A stretch of DNA of 64,000 nt from Methanotrichaceae archaeon (lineage in GTDB: Archaea > Halobacteriota > Methanosarcinia > Methanotrichales > Methanotrichaceae). Location of the stretch: the NCBI GenBank assembly GCA_963748825.1, contig CAVVKN010000002.1:64001-128000 (forward strand). Direction: 5' to 3'. Within the stretch, counting starts at the first letter, position 1. Each line of letters opens with the position of its first letter. Below are positions 9,646-20,389 of the stretch, piece by piece. A program made the position numbers and the translations under genes. A model generated the notes under the pieces. That model was not told the DNA's origin. It saw only the letters and a list, made by a program, of their open reading frames with translations, and did no database searches.

Positions 9646-10506
9646 TTATACCGTCGCCCTTTGGCTATAATCGACAAGCGCCATCAAGATGTCCTTGTCT
9701 TTGAGCATCCCCATCAGCCTTCCGCTGGATGTGACCACAGGCATCTGGTCTATTCTATTTTTTTGCATTGTCGCCGCGCATTTGCCTACCTCATCCTTTT
9801 TATAAGCCGTGATGGGTGGCACCATAGCCTCGGAGACAAGAATATTTTTCAGTTTGATCCGGGAAACCGTGTAATATTTGCTGATGCTCTGCATCACCCG
9901 GTCCCACATCCATTTGTCCTCTCCGTCATCGGCGGACATGTCCGTCTTCTCGACCGTATCCTCGATGACACTGGTCTTGATGAGATCGCGGTCGGAGATC
10001 ATGCCCACCAGCTTGAGGCTGCTATCGATGACTGGGCAAGCCTCCACTGCGGCAAATTCCATAATCGATCCGGCCACAGATAATGGCATCTCGCTCCACA
10101 GAACCACAGTCTCTTTCTCTAAATAGGGCTCGATGCTCTCTTTTATTCCCAGGTCCGCGGCCACCCGGACGATATCGGCAACCGTGATGATGCCCACCAG
10201 CTTTTTGTCTTCCACCACGGGAAGCCGTCTTATATCGTGCTTGATCAGCAGCCTTGAGGCTTCGATTATGCTCTTGTCCGGGCTTATAACTACCGGATCG
10301 CGAGTCATGAGCAGAGCCGTCTGGTCCTCTTCCCGATTGCGGAGCAGGTCGGTCCTGGTTATCATGCCCACGACCTCGTCCTTCTTTATTACGGGAACGC
10401 CGGAGACCTTGTGGTCCTGCAGCGTCTTCAAGACATCGTCCCTGCTGCCGGGGATGGCGACATAGGCCACATCCCGGACCATTACGTCCCTGACGAGAAT
10501 GCTCAA
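9646..10506 (-). CDS. CBS-domain protein (four CBS repeats)
   Basis: Repeated xPVxx...VGxIT/SxxD motifs. Confidence 0.9.
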   Translation of the reverse strand: MSILVRDVMVRDVAYVAIPGSRDDVLKTLQDHKVSGVPVIKKDEVVGMITRTDLLRNREEDQTALLMTRDPVVISPDKSIIEASRLLIKHDIRRLPVVEDKKLVGIITVADIVRVAADLGIKESIEPYLEKETVVLWSEMPLSVAGSIMEFAAVEACPVIDSSLKLVGMISDRDLIKTSVIEDTVEKTDMSADDGEDKWMWDRVMQSISKYYTVSRIKLKNILVSEAMVPPITAYKKDEVGKCAATMQKNRIDQMPVVTSSGRLMGMLKDKDILMALVDYSQRATV

Positions 10507-10940
10507 GTCCTCTCCCTCGGAATTGTCAGTACGGGAATCTTTGAGCTTCTAACCACTTTTTCGGCCACACTGCCCAGCAGGAACTTGTCGAGACCGGTGC
10601 GTCCCACAGCTCCCAGGATGATTATGTCCATGTCTGCTGACTGCGCATAGCTGACGATCTCGCTGCCGGGATTTCCCTCAACCACAACGTCCTCAAAGGC
10701 AACGCCCATATCCTTGGCCAGCGTTTCCACATGTTTCAAGGCCTCTTTTCCTTCTTTGAGCAGAAGCTCTCGGATGCTGAATAGTAGCATATCATCCGGC
10801 AGGTGACTCGTCCTGTTGGTGTCGGCCACATAGATGGCGGTGACCTTTCCACCTGATATCTTTCCCAGCTCTAATGCCACTTTGGCCGCTCTGTATCCGT
10901 GCTCTGATCCGTCGGTTGCAACTAGAATCTTCTCAAACAT
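10503..10940 (-). CDS. Universal stress protein
   Basis: KILVATDGS and GAVGRTGLDKFLLGSVAEKVVR. Confidence 0.92.
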   Translation of the reverse strand: MFEKILVATDGSEHGYRAAKVALELGKISGGKVTAIYVADTNRTSHLPDDMLLFSIRELLLKEGKEALKHVETLAKDMGVAFEDVVVEGNPGSEIVSYAQSADMDIIILGAVGRTGLDKFLLGSVAEKVVRSSKIPVLTIPRERT

Positions 10941-10948
10941 GATTAACC

Positions 10949-12004
10949 TCAAAAGATAGCGATTATGTCAGACGGCCAGGCCCTTCTCACAATGCTGGAA
11001 AGAGGGCGCATAGACCCCCACATGTTATCAGATTTTTTGTCTATGACCATCACTCTTGCCTCTTTTCCTTCCAGGATGGACCCCAGCCTCTGATCGAGAC
11101 CTGTTACTTTAGCACCATTTAGCGTGCACATCTTAAATACCTGTCTATCGTCATGCAGCAGAGCCTTACTGATGAAATGCATCTCCTCAAAGATGTCCGG
11201 CGAGTTCATCATAACGTTATCTGTTCCAACGGCAATTGTAATGCCCAGCTCTACCATCCGCTTCACATTGGGCAGGCCCACGCCGGTCACCAGATTGGAT
11301 CTGGGACAGACCACCACGGGAAGGCAGGAGTGGGCCACATCCCTCAGATCCGCCTCGTCGGCCCGGTTCATGTGCACCAGGAAATCCGGATGAAGGGCAA
11401 GGGCATCGCCGATATCATCATTAGCGGCTTCGCCGGCGTGCACTCCCACGGCCTGGCCGGCCTTTCTGGCTGCAGCCACTGTCGCTCGGAGTTGGTCCGG
11501 ATCATGGTCTCTGGTGCTGCTTATCCCCAGGCCCCAGCAGCTCTCCGGGATATTTATCTGCCCTGGGCCTGGCCGTCCCAGGATTCTGGCAAGAATGGGC
11601 AGACCGCGCACGGCCTCTTCCAGCATGCTTACACCCTCTGCCCCTCCCTCCCGAAAATCGGCAAAAGCGCAAGTACCCGACGCCGTCATCTGTTGCAGGC
11701 TTCTTCTCATGCCCTCTATGAGAACCGCTCGCGGCATTTGGGCCAGCATTCGTGCCTTCAGTCCACCAGGACCGACCAGCTCCGAGAGCGGCAAAAAGGG
11801 CGGATCCTTGAAAGCAGAGTCGCCCACATGAACGTGTGCGTTCACGAAGCGCGGGCAGACAATACCCTCATAGTCTGCGTCTACATGCTCTGAGCCAAAC
11901 TCCCGGATGATGCCATCACGGATGCTGATGTAGCCATCCTGTGTTATGAAATCATCTCCATAGATTATTGTTCCTTGCAGCAGGATCTCGCGTGCCTGAG
12001 GCAT
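10949..12004 (-). CDS. Amidohydrolase-family (deaminase-like) protein
   Basis: FVNAHVHVGD, VHAGE, CPRSN, VGTDNVM motifs. Confidence 0.88.
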   Translation of the reverse strand: MPQAREILLQGTIIYGDDFITQDGYISIRDGIIREFGSEHVDADYEGIVCPRFVNAHVHVGDSAFKDPPFLPLSELVGPGGLKARMLAQMPRAVLIEGMRRSLQQMTASGTCAFADFREGGAEGVSMLEEAVRGLPILARILGRPGPGQINIPESCWGLGISSTRDHDPDQLRATVAAARKAGQAVGVHAGEAANDDIGDALALHPDFLVHMNRADEADLRDVAHSCLPVVVCPRSNLVTGVGLPNVKRMVELGITIAVGTDNVMMNSPDIFEEMHFISKALLHDDRQVFKMCTLNGAKVTGLDQRLGSILEGKEARVMVIDKKSDNMWGSMRPLSSIVRRAWPSDIIAIF

Positions 12005-12071
12005 ATCCTAAAAATGGACCGGCAAGCTATTTAGCACCTCTTTGCCCAAATAACAAGATAAACAAACAAAG

Positions 12072-12749
12072 GTGGCAGAAGCATTGACCAGGCCCTTCGT
12101 ATTCATCAACAGCGCCATGAGCGCAGACGGCAAGATCAGCTCCTTTGAGCGCAGCCAGGTGAGAATTTCCGGCAAGGCGGACAAGGCCAGGGTCGACCTT
12201 CTCAGGGCGGAGAGCGACGCCGTCATGGTCGGAGTGGGAACGGTGCTGGCAGACGATCCCAGCCTGAGGGTGAAATCGGCAAGCTCTCGCGAGGTGAGAC
12301 GAGCAAAGGGCTGGCCGGAAGACCCACTTCGCATTATTGCCGATAGCCGGGCAAGAACGCCTCCCTCGGCCAAGGTCCTGGGACCGGGATGCCTCGCGAT
12401 CGTCACCGGTTCTGCGCCGCAGGAACGACTGGATCAGCTTTCCTCAAAGTGCGAGATAATAGTATGTGGGAAAGAGCAGGTCGATCTGACGGAGCTGTTT
12501 TCCCGGCTTTATGATCGGGGCGTCAAGCGTATCATGGTGGAGGGAGGGGCTACTCTCAACTGGTCGCTTCTCAAGCTCGGCCTGGTGGATGAGCTTTACG
12601 TCTACATGGGAGCGATGCTCATCGGAGGAGAGAATGCACCCACCCTGGTGGATGGGCCGGGATTCAAAGAGGATTTTCCCCGGCTGACCCTAAGCTCTGT
12701 GCAGCGGCTGGACGAGGGAGTACTTCTCAAGTGGAGCCTGCCCAGGTGA
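12072..12749 (+). CDS. arfC: 2,5-diamino-6-ribosylamino-4(3H)-pyrimidinone 5'-phosphate reductase (RibD_C/RIB7)
   Basis: AMSADGKI, LRAESDAVMVGVGTVLADDPSL, MVEGGATLN. Confidence 0.88.
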   Translation: MAEALTRPFVFINSAMSADGKISSFERSQVRISGKADKARVDLLRAESDAVMVGVGTVLADDPSLRVKSASSREVRRAKGWPEDPLRIIADSRARTPPSAKVLGPGCLAIVTGSAPQERLDQLSSKCEIIVCGKEQVDLTELFSRLYDRGVKRIMVEGGATLNWSLLKLGLVDELYVYMGAMLIGGENAPTLVDGPGFKEDFPRLTLSSVQRLDEGVLLKWSLPR

Positions 12750-12808
12750 GCGGCCCATAAGATCATAGCGAACTGAGCGGGTATTCTCCGGATCAAGTGG
12801 CTCCAGGC

Positions 12809-13261
12809 CTACTCTTTTCTCACCACCAGCACGGGAATTTTAGAGCTTCTGACCACTTTATCAGCCACGCTGCCCAGGAGGAACCTTTCCAGGCCAGTGG
12901 CTCCGATTCCGCCCATGACGATGAGGTTCATATCGCCTTCTGTTGCAATGCGGATGATGTCCTCTGCAGGATAGCCCTCCGTGATCTTTCTGGTCACGAC
13001 GATACCAGCCTTCTCTGCCATCTCTTCGACTCTTTTTGTAGCCTCATCGCCCTGATTTTGCAGATTGCTTCTTATGCCCGCGATCAGGTCGTCTGCAACC
13101 TTCGAGATCAGGTCTCCCAGGGGGGCATACTCCTTGCCGATATCTACGACAAAAAGGGCTGTGACGGCTGAGCCGTAGAGCTTGGCCATTTCTAACCCCG
13201 CTTCTGCGGCTCTCTCGCTATGCTTGGAGCCGTCGGTTGCGATCAAGATCTTTTTAAACAT
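12809..13261 (-). CDS. Universal stress protein
   Basis: KKILIATDGS and LLGSVADKVVRSSKIPVLVV. Confidence 0.92.
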   Translation of the reverse strand: MFKKILIATDGSKHSERAAEAGLEMAKLYGSAVTALFVVDIGKEYAPLGDLISKVADDLIAGIRSNLQNQGDEATKRVEEMAEKAGIVVTRKITEGYPAEDIIRIATEGDMNLIVMGGIGATGLERFLLGSVADKVVRSSKIPVLVVRKE

Positions 13262-13275
13262 GATCTATTCCTACT

Positions 13276-13977
13276 TCAGCCTCTCATGAACTTGTCCCAG
13301 CCCTGGTAGTGCGTCTTGAGAACGGTGCAGATGTCCTCCATCATCGCAAAGGGAATGCCAACCACGACATCATCATCCAGCAGGCCGGAGTTTTTCGCAG
13401 ATCCGTCGCAGCCCAGGGAGACATTCACCTCTCCTTTCAGGTAGGGTGAGGCCGTGGCATCCACACAGAGGGACTGAATTCCAGCCGTAGTGAATGTGGA
13501 CCTGCCCCCCTCTTTGAACATGACCGCTTGCACAATTCGCCGGGCTTTAAGCGGATTGCCTACTATTATTACCACATCGGGACGCATGACCATCTTGTCC
13601 AGCGGGGCCACGTAGGTGGCAATTGTGCTGCCGGGAAGGAGGCGCGGCATGTTGGAGGCTATGTTGATGCCTACATCCTTGGTCTCGCACTTATGCAGCT
13701 TGTCGAAATACAGAGACCCGGTGGCAATGTTCTCCGGGCACTGCATGATGCCCAGGCCCGAGGCTCCGCCCTTGCATGCGTGATAGTCAGCCCGGGCCAG
13801 GAAGCTTTTTCCCTCCAGCCTCGCCCCCTGAATCATGCCGCAGTAATGGAAGGGCCTCTCCACGGAGTCGAGATCTTGGGGAATCTCCGCTTCGCTTTTA
13901 AACAGTCTTACACCCACTATATTGTCGCGAATTCCTAAGGAGGACTTCAATATATCCGACATTTCTTCAAGATTCAT
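13276..13977 (-). CDS. DUF169 (COG2043) family protein
   Basis: Conserved YCGMI, ACKGGA, PDVVII, QSLCVD, SLGCDGS pattern. Confidence 0.75.
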   Translation of the reverse strand: MNLEEMSDILKSSLGIRDNIVGVRLFKSEAEIPQDLDSVERPFHYCGMIQGARLEGKSFLARADYHACKGGASGLGIMQCPENIATGSLYFDKLHKCETKDVGINIASNMPRLLPGSTIATYVAPLDKMVMRPDVVIIVGNPLKARRIVQAVMFKEGGRSTFTTAGIQSLCVDATASPYLKGEVNVSLGCDGSAKNSGLLDDDVVVGIPFAMMEDICTVLKTHYQGWDKFMRG

Positions 13978-14195
13978 CTGAATACACCGCATAACAGGAG
14001 GGCCGGATGGCATTTCTTACTTGCGCTCTGGACTGGAGCAAGAGATGTGGTGGATGATGTCAGTTTAAAGAGATTGAGGGCTTACCAATAGATGAGTGGG
14101 GCCGGAAGGAAAATGAAGAACCTTAAGTCCGATTATGTGAGGAATATATTTAGTCCAAGCCTCGCTTCTTATTGGCTCTTCGCTGTTTCATGTGG

Positions 14196-14210
14196 CTAAC
14201 CTCAAGTTAT
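14196..14210. promoter_or_regulatory. Upstream HSR1-like operator (CTAAC-N5-GTTAT)
   Basis: CTAACCTCAAGTTA (14196-14209) is the exact reverse complement of 14320-14333. Confidence 0.55.
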
Positions 14211-14291
14211 CATGAAATGCAATCTGGAGCATGGATAAAGTCGCCCTCAAAAGGGACTTTACATGCAAAGCCCCCCCCCATTCCGCTCATT

Positions 14292-14333
14292 CGAAAGGTA
14301 TAAATATAAAGCCTATCACTAACTTGAGGTTAG
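14292..14333 (+). promoter_or_regulatory. cdc48 promoter (BRE/TATA) with HSR1-type heat-shock operator
   Basis: CGAAAGG-TATAAATA followed by CTAAC-TTGAG-GTTAG (14319-14333), the palindrome described for Archaeoglobus fulgidus HSR1. Confidence 0.7.
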
Positions 14334-14509
14334 TAATGTCATGTATACAATGCTCAAATATCAATCGTAAAGGGTGTTATCAGCCCCAATAGCAGGATGG
14401 ATACCAAAATCCCAGTGAATGGTTTTGGCAAAGGCATTAATCCATCTCGTAAAGAACAGACGAAAAAATTACTTAAGCTTTGCATGAACATATACCTTGG
14501 AGGATTTTG

Positions 14510-16681
14510 ATGGCAGGAGAAATTACACTCAAAGTCATTGAAGCGCGTCCCACTGATGTCGGACGTGGCATCGCTCGCATAGATCCGGCAGTATTTAGCG
14601 AGATGGGCTGGCAGGCCGGAGACGTAGTCAGCATTCATGGAAAGAAGAAGACCGCTGCACTACTCTGGCCCGGCTATCCCGAGGACATGGGAACCGGAAT
14701 CGTGCGTCTGGACGGCAATACCCGCCGAAACGCAGGCGCGAGCATAGATGATAAAGTCCCCGTGAAGATAGCCCAGGCAGCAGCAGCGGAGTCGGTGGTC
14801 TTTGCTCCCACCGTGCCCCTGCGCATCACCGGCGCCGAGGCCTATCTGCAAAGATACATGGAAGGGCGGGTCATCACCAGAGGGGACATCATTGAGATCC
14901 CTGTCATGGGCAGAAAGATCGAGCTCATGGCCACGCGCGTCTCCCCTGCCAAAGAAGCGGCAGTGATCGGTGACAAGACCAGGATCGAGATGTCGGAGAA
15001 GCCCGCCAAGGAAGAGAAAGCAGGGCCCCGTGTCACCTACGAGGATCTCGGCGGATTGTCTGCAGAGATCAAGAAGGTGCGGGAGATGATTGAGCTGCCC
15101 ATGAAGCACCCTGAGCTCTTCGAGCGGCTGGGCGTGGAAGCTCCCAAGGGCGTGCTGCTCTATGGACCTCCGGGCACCGGCAAGACATTGCTCGCCAAGG
15201 CTCTGGCCTCAGAGACCAATGCTCACTTCGAGACACTGAGCGGCCCGGAGATCATGTCCAAGTACTATGGCGAATCCGAGGAAAAGCTGCGAAGCCTCTT
15301 CAAGACGGCTGAGGAGCAGGCGCCGTCCATCATCCTCATCGACGAGATCGATTCCATCGCCCCCAAGAGAGAAGAGGTGACGGGCGAGGTAGAGCGGCGC
15401 GTAGTGGCTCAGATGCTGGCCCTCATGGACGGCATGGAGACGCGCGGCAGAGTGGTGGTCATCGGCGCCACCAACCGACCTGATTCCCTGGACCCCGCGC
15501 TGCGGCGCCCCGGCAGATTCGACCGGGAGATCGAAATCGGCGTTCCCAACCGGCAGTCCCGTCTGGAAGTCCTGCAGATCCACACCCGCAGCATGCCTCT
15601 CTCCAAAGATGTGAACCAGGAGAAGCTGGCCGATGTGACGCACGGCTTCGTGGGCGCTGATCTGGCGGCACTAGCACGCGAGGCAGGCATGCGCGCTATC
15701 CGGCGAGTTTTGCCTGAAATCGACCTGGAGGTTGAATCCATACCAGCCGAGACCCTGAATAAGATAGAGGTCAACAACGACGACTTCCTGGAGGCGCTGC
15801 GCGAGATGGAGCCGTCCGCCATGCGTGAGGTCATGGTGGAGTCGCCCAATGTGCACTGGGATGAGATCGGAGGTCTGGCGGATGTCAAGCAGCAGCTTGT
15901 CGAGTCCGTGGAGTGGCCGCTGACCTATGCCAAGCTCTTCACTCACATGGATGCCAAGGCTCCCAAGGGCATACTGCTCTACGGCCCGCCGGGCACCGGC
16001 AAAACCATGCTGGCCAAGGCGGTAGCCACGGAGAGCCAGGCCAACTTCATCAGCATCAAGGGCCCGGAGTTTCTCAGCAAGTGGGTGGGCGAGTCCGAGA
16101 AGGCCGTGCGCGAGACCTTCAGGAAAGCCCGTCAGTCCGCGCCTTCCGTGATCTTCCTGGATGAGATCGACTCCATTGCCCCGGCCCGGGGAGGATCGAC
16201 CAGCGACTCGCACGTCACGGAGCGCGTCATATCACAGATCTTAACCGAGCTGGACGGACTGGAATCGCTCAATAGCGTCATGGTAATCGCGGCTACCAAC
16301 CGGCCGGACATCATCGATTCGGCGCTCCTGCGACCCGGGCGCTTTGATCGGCTCATCGAGATCGGTCTGCCGGACGAGCTGGCCCGCCAGGAGATCCTGA
16401 AGATCCACACGGCTAAAAAGCCCCTGGCCGATGATGTCAAGATAGAGGATCTGGCCAGGAGGACAGAGGAATACTCCGGAGCTGACCTGGGTGCATTGGT
16501 AGGCGAGGCGGTTATGCTGGCCATCCGGGAGTGCGTCCTGGGCGGAAAAGCCAAGGAAGATGCGCAGTTCTGCGAGTATAAGCTGGAAAACAAGCACTTT
16601 GAAGCGGCCTTGAAGACGGTCAAGCCTACCGCTTCGGAGATGGACATCTACAAGAGGTTTGCCGGAGCCAAGGCAGTATAA
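14510..16681 (+). CDS. cdc48: CDC48/VCP-family AAA+ ATPase
   Basis: CDC48_N domain, two GPPGTGKT Walker A motifs, two DEIDS Walker B motifs, two RPGRFDR motifs. Confidence 0.96.
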   Translation: MAGEITLKVIEARPTDVGRGIARIDPAVFSEMGWQAGDVVSIHGKKKTAALLWPGYPEDMGTGIVRLDGNTRRNAGASIDDKVPVKIAQAAAAESVVFAPTVPLRITGAEAYLQRYMEGRVITRGDIIEIPVMGRKIELMATRVSPAKEAAVIGDKTRIEMSEKPAKEEKAGPRVTYEDLGGLSAEIKKVREMIELPMKHPELFERLGVEAPKGVLLYGPPGTGKTLLAKALASETNAHFETLSGPEIMSKYYGESEEKLRSLFKTAEEQAPSIILIDEIDSIAPKREEVTGEVERRVVAQMLALMDGMETRGRVVVIGATNRPDSLDPALRRPGRFDREIEIGVPNRQSRLEVLQIHTRSMPLSKDVNQEKLADVTHGFVGADLAALAREAGMRAIRRVLPEIDLEVESIPAETLNKIEVNNDDFLEALREMEPSAMREVMVESPNVHWDEIGGLADVKQQLVESVEWPLTYAKLFTHMDAKAPKGILLYGPPGTGKTMLAKAVATESQANFISIKGPEFLSKWVGESEKAVRETFRKARQSAPSVIFLDEIDSIAPARGGSTSDSHVTERVISQILTELDGLESLNSVMVIAATNRPDIIDSALLRPGRFDRLIEIGLPDELARQEILKIHTAKKPLADDVKIEDLARRTEEYSGADLGALVGEAVMLAIRECVLGGKAKEDAQFCEYKLENKHFEAALKTVKPTASEMDIYKRFAGAKAV

Positions 16682-16706
16682 GCCCAGGGCAGGGCAACCA
16701 TGGCCT

Positions 16707-16740
16707 GAGGCCGGAAATTCCGGTCTCAATTCACTTTTTC
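16707..16740 (+). terminator. Putative cdc48 terminator
   Basis: GAGGCCGGA-AAT-TCCGGTCTC hairpin followed by a pyrimidine/T tract. Confidence 0.5.
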
Positions 16741-16928
16741 CTTATTATTATACAATCTCAATAGCATCTTTTGCTGTAATCTTTGGCATCAATAATCCAC
16801 CCCCTTTTTGCCATGAGAATTTTTCATCGAATATTCATGAAACTTATAGAAAAGTTCTGAATAACTGAATAGAGGAAACAGTCTCCAATCGCTTAGCTTA
16901 AGAATGAAAAAACAAGGAATTAAGAGCT

Positions 16929-17465
16929 ATGTCGGCATCGAGAAAAAGGGAGACAAAAGAGACGAGCATTGAAGTCGTTCTCAAGACTGAGGGCGCGGGC
17001 ATTATCCAGGTCGATACTGGAATTGAACTCTTGGATGAGATCCTGTCGGCCATAGCCAGAGGCGCGGGATTTGATCTGACTGTCAAGGCCAGGGGCGATT
17101 TGGAAACGGGCGACCACCACACGACTGAAGATACAGCAATCACTCTGGGCAGCACTTTAGCTCAGGCGATAAAGAGCGGCATCGGAAGCTCAATGGTTCC
17201 CTCTGGCCAATCAGTGGCCGTCGCAGCTGTGCGCTTCGGCGAGTCGGGCTATCAGGGTAATTTTATTCTGCAGTCGCAGAACTTGGGCGGCATGTGCCTG
17301 GAAAACTTCAGCCATTTCCTGCGCGCTTTAGCTTACAACGGCAAGTTCAATCTGGCCATTTCCGCAGAAAGAGGCGACGATCGGAGCAAGATTGAGGCTA
17401 TGAGCACGGCGATCGGAAGAGCGATAAAGAAAGCAGCACGAGACGAACAGATGCTAATAAAATAA
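16929..17465 (+). CDS. Imidazoleglycerol-phosphate dehydratase (HisB)-like protein, degenerate motifs
   Basis: RETKETSI, GDL...DHHTTED and KIEA motifs are present, but several metal-binding His residues are missing. Confidence 0.75.
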   Translation: MSASRKRETKETSIEVVLKTEGAGIIQVDTGIELLDEILSAIARGAGFDLTVKARGDLETGDHHTTEDTAITLGSTLAQAIKSGIGSSMVPSGQSVAVAAVRFGESGYQGNFILQSQNLGGMCLENFSHFLRALAYNGKFNLAISAERGDDRSKIEAMSTAIGRAIKKAARDEQMLIK

Positions 17466-17470
17466 AAGGA

Positions 17471-20389
17471 TTACCACACCCTGCGCCGGGCATAGACTCC
17501 CGTTGCCAGGGCAACAAGGGTGGCCAAAAAGCCCAGGGCAGGGCTCTTCTTTGCCCCGTTATCGCTGGCAGCAATGGTTATGGTGCCGTTTGAGATTGTC
17601 TCGGGCTTAAAGCCGCTCGTGCCTGTCACCAACAGATCTATGGTCTCATTCACCTGGCTTTTTTTGTTGACCGCAAAGGTGAGATTAGCTGCCCCGCAGC
17701 CTGCCGGCAATATAACGCCTATCTTTCCCAGCTTCGTGTCCACCTGCCAGGAGGCTTTGCACTCCCCGGAAATGCTCGTGGGCTTCAGCTTGGCGGCATC
17801 ATAAGAGATGTTAATCCTCTTCTCACCACTGGAATTGGGGGCAAGGAGGGGAATGGATACATCGTCCCCGGCAAATGCCTGTGCAATGCCCAGGGATACG
17901 CCGCGCATTTCGGCAGGAGTGACATTGAAGAACTCTCCGAATGTCTGAATGGCATTGACGACATTTTCCACCCTAACCCGTAGCTCGTATCGGCCGGGCT
18001 TGGCCCCTACTACATTAATATGTGGCTCTAAAAACTCAAGATTGCCTTGCAGGGTATGATTTATGCCGCTTGGAGCCAATCTGCCATTGATAACATCAAG
18101 AAACTGCAGAATGCTCTTTCCAGGCTCAATCTTGATGAATTGCATTCGGGCAGTGCTGTTGCCTAGCATGGCATCATAATCAAGCGAACTATTGAGTCGT
18201 TTATATTCGCCGCGGGAAACGTAATATGTGGACGCACTGTCCAATATTGCACCAATTCTTCCCTTCGAATCAAATATCACGCCAACCTGCAAAGGAGGTT
18301 TAGATGAACTCAAGTACAGCAATCCCGGTACAGGGCTGCCGCCCGCATCCAGGACGAGGCTCCTGTCATCACCTAGCTGCATCGTCGTAGCATTCCATCT
18401 CCAGGCAAAGCCCCATAAATCACCCGAACCCTGGGCGAGCCTGGTGATATCCCTAGAGAAGACAGTCCTGTTGCTCGAATCCAAGACGTCTGCAGTTACC
18501 TGACGAATCTCGGCGGCTTTGACAACCATAGAGAAATTGGCAGATGTCGAAGAGATAACATTTGCGGGAAGTGCTATTTTCGGAGGCGCAGGTCTCGGAA
18601 CAACATATTTTTGGGAATAGAGATAGTATCGAAGAGAATCGTTATCTGCAATCCGAATATTCATATTCGGGCCCAGGGAAATGGTAGAGTCGCTATTTAA
18701 ATTGACGATTTCGTCGTTAGCCATAATTATTACATAGGGTATGGATGTAGACATGATCTGAAGCTTTCCGATACCAAGCCCTGCTTCCACTGGCAGCAAA
18801 AACTGATCTGAGATTTGGAAGATTCCGTCGATGGTCGCAAATCGAATGCTTCCATTGCTGAAGATATTATTTACATGCAGCTTGATTATCGGCATGTCTT
18901 TTACATCATCCAAATCCTTCGTGTAGATGTAAGTTGAATTCGATCTTACGATAGAGCTGTCCTGTAAAACACCGTTCTTTGTGAGCTGGACAAAGATCTT
19001 ATCCTTTTCAACATCCCTGATCCAGACTTCATAACCTTCTTGCAGCGAATAATTTCCCGCAGCAACATTTCCCTGAACTACTTCGCTATCAATCAGCACT
19101 CGTCCGATCTTTTCATGATCAAAGAGATTTAATGATGATTGCTTGCCATCCATTGACCGGTCATATCCGGCAAACCACATATCGCCAAGGAAAGGCACGA
19201 CATAATAGGATCCCCATGGCAAAAAATCATACTCTTTAGACCTCATGGTTGCTGTATACTGAAATCCATCCAAAATTACCGTTCCATTCAAAACTTTAGG
19301 GCCGGTGGGCGGCAGAACCGTTCTTCCATTTACATTATGAAGCGACAGCGTCTCAGAACCGAATTGATCATCTGAGCCGAATTGATTTTCAGAACCAAGC
19401 TTATTCTCCGGGTCCATGAAAAAGTTAGTATAATTCCCTGAGTTCCATCTTGCTGCCAGAGGTGAAGGATATTTACCATACATGCCGGCAATTACTCGAC
19501 TGCCGTTGAACGTCGGGCCCCTAATTTCATGCACACCGTAATCGTAGATGCCCCCTTCCGGATAGTAAATCAAATCAGGACTGTCCGTAACTCTCAACAC
19601 AAATCCAGTTGCCAGAAGGACCTGGCTGTTCTTTATCAGAGTCAGAGACATGTCATTATGAAATTCAATGCCATCATCGGAGAGGGATGTCAGCTTCATA
19701 TTACCGAGCCTGCCTCCTTCAAAAAGCGTGACAATGGGATTATCACTGACCTGAAAAATCCCATCCACCTCGGCAAATCCAGAATCTTCGCCGCGCATGG
19801 CATTGACCAGATGAACCAAAATTATGGGTACTCCATCAATTTTATATACATAGGTTCCGCCCATGCTGACTATTGCGGCGTGGACTGGTTTGCCATTCTT
19901 CAAGAGAACGAAATTGACAACATTGCTTTTCTTAGAGACCTCTGTCACAGCCAGAACGTAGCCATCCATAAGTGGCAGTGTTTTATTGTAGGTCAGAGTG
20001 TACTCATCTCTCGCATCTAAGAGCACCTTTCTGAGTGCTCCTTTTTCAAGAGAGCTCACTTCTTTCGTGAAGTTGCTTTCTGGATAGCCGGCAAAATAGG
20101 GCTTGCCCATAAATGCCACTGCCTGGAAGCTGCCCCAGGGTCCATACTCAAACCGCTGCGACCATGTCTTTGAGGAATAGACAATATGCTCTTTCTCTGC
20201 GGTCCTTCCCTGCAGATCGATGCGCAGCTCTTCGCCGCCCTGATCCTTGTCCAGGTCATAGAAGAACCAACCGAAGTCATTCGCCCGCCAGATCCCACTA
20301 CCTTCACTGAAATGGCCCCGCACAAAGGCCGCTTCCACCGGCTCTTGTGCGAAGGCGCTCGAAACTAGCCCAAAGAGCATTGCCAACAT
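17471..20389 (-). CDS. S-layer domain protein (two Methanosarcinales S-layer/DUF1608-like domains) with a PGF-CTERM-like anchor
   Basis: Repeated W..NF..F..D / YTYxK..D.PII..H / DGIFQxSD units; signal peptide; C-terminal KKSPALG + TM helix + RRR. Confidence 0.8.
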   Translation of the reverse strand: MLAMLFGLVSSAFAQEPVEAAFVRGHFSEGSGIWRANDFGWFFYDLDKDQGGEELRIDLQGRTAEKEHIVYSSKTWSQRFEYGPWGSFQAVAFMGKPYFAGYPESNFTKEVSSLEKGALRKVLLDARDEYTLTYNKTLPLMDGYVLAVTEVSKKSNVVNFVLLKNGKPVHAAIVSMGGTYVYKIDGVPIILVHLVNAMRGEDSGFAEVDGIFQVSDNPIVTLFEGGRLGNMKLTSLSDDGIEFHNDMSLTLIKNSQVLLATGFVLRVTDSPDLIYYPEGGIYDYGVHEIRGPTFNGSRVIAGMYGKYPSPLAARWNSGNYTNFFMDPENKLGSENQFGSDDQFGSETLSLHNVNGRTVLPPTGPKVLNGTVILDGFQYTATMRSKEYDFLPWGSYYVVPFLGDMWFAGYDRSMDGKQSSLNLFDHEKIGRVLIDSEVVQGNVAAGNYSLQEGYEVWIRDVEKDKIFVQLTKNGVLQDSSIVRSNSTYIYTKDLDDVKDMPIIKLHVNNIFSNGSIRFATIDGIFQISDQFLLPVEAGLGIGKLQIMSTSIPYVIIMANDEIVNLNSDSTISLGPNMNIRIADNDSLRYYLYSQKYVVPRPAPPKIALPANVISSTSANFSMVVKAAEIRQVTADVLDSSNRTVFSRDITRLAQGSGDLWGFAWRWNATTMQLGDDRSLVLDAGGSPVPGLLYLSSSKPPLQVGVIFDSKGRIGAILDSASTYYVSRGEYKRLNSSLDYDAMLGNSTARMQFIKIEPGKSILQFLDVINGRLAPSGINHTLQGNLEFLEPHINVVGAKPGRYELRVRVENVVNAIQTFGEFFNVTPAEMRGVSLGIAQAFAGDDVSIPLLAPNSSGEKRINISYDAAKLKPTSISGECKASWQVDTKLGKIGVILPAGCGAANLTFAVNKKSQVNETIDLLVTGTSGFKPETISNGTITIAASDNGAKKSPALGFLATLVALATGVYARRRVW

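Noticed and set aside
14337-14393. Short Cys-containing uORF (MSCIQCSNINRKGCYQPQ) in the cdc48 leader
   Set aside because: Only 18 codons with no independent support; likely chance.
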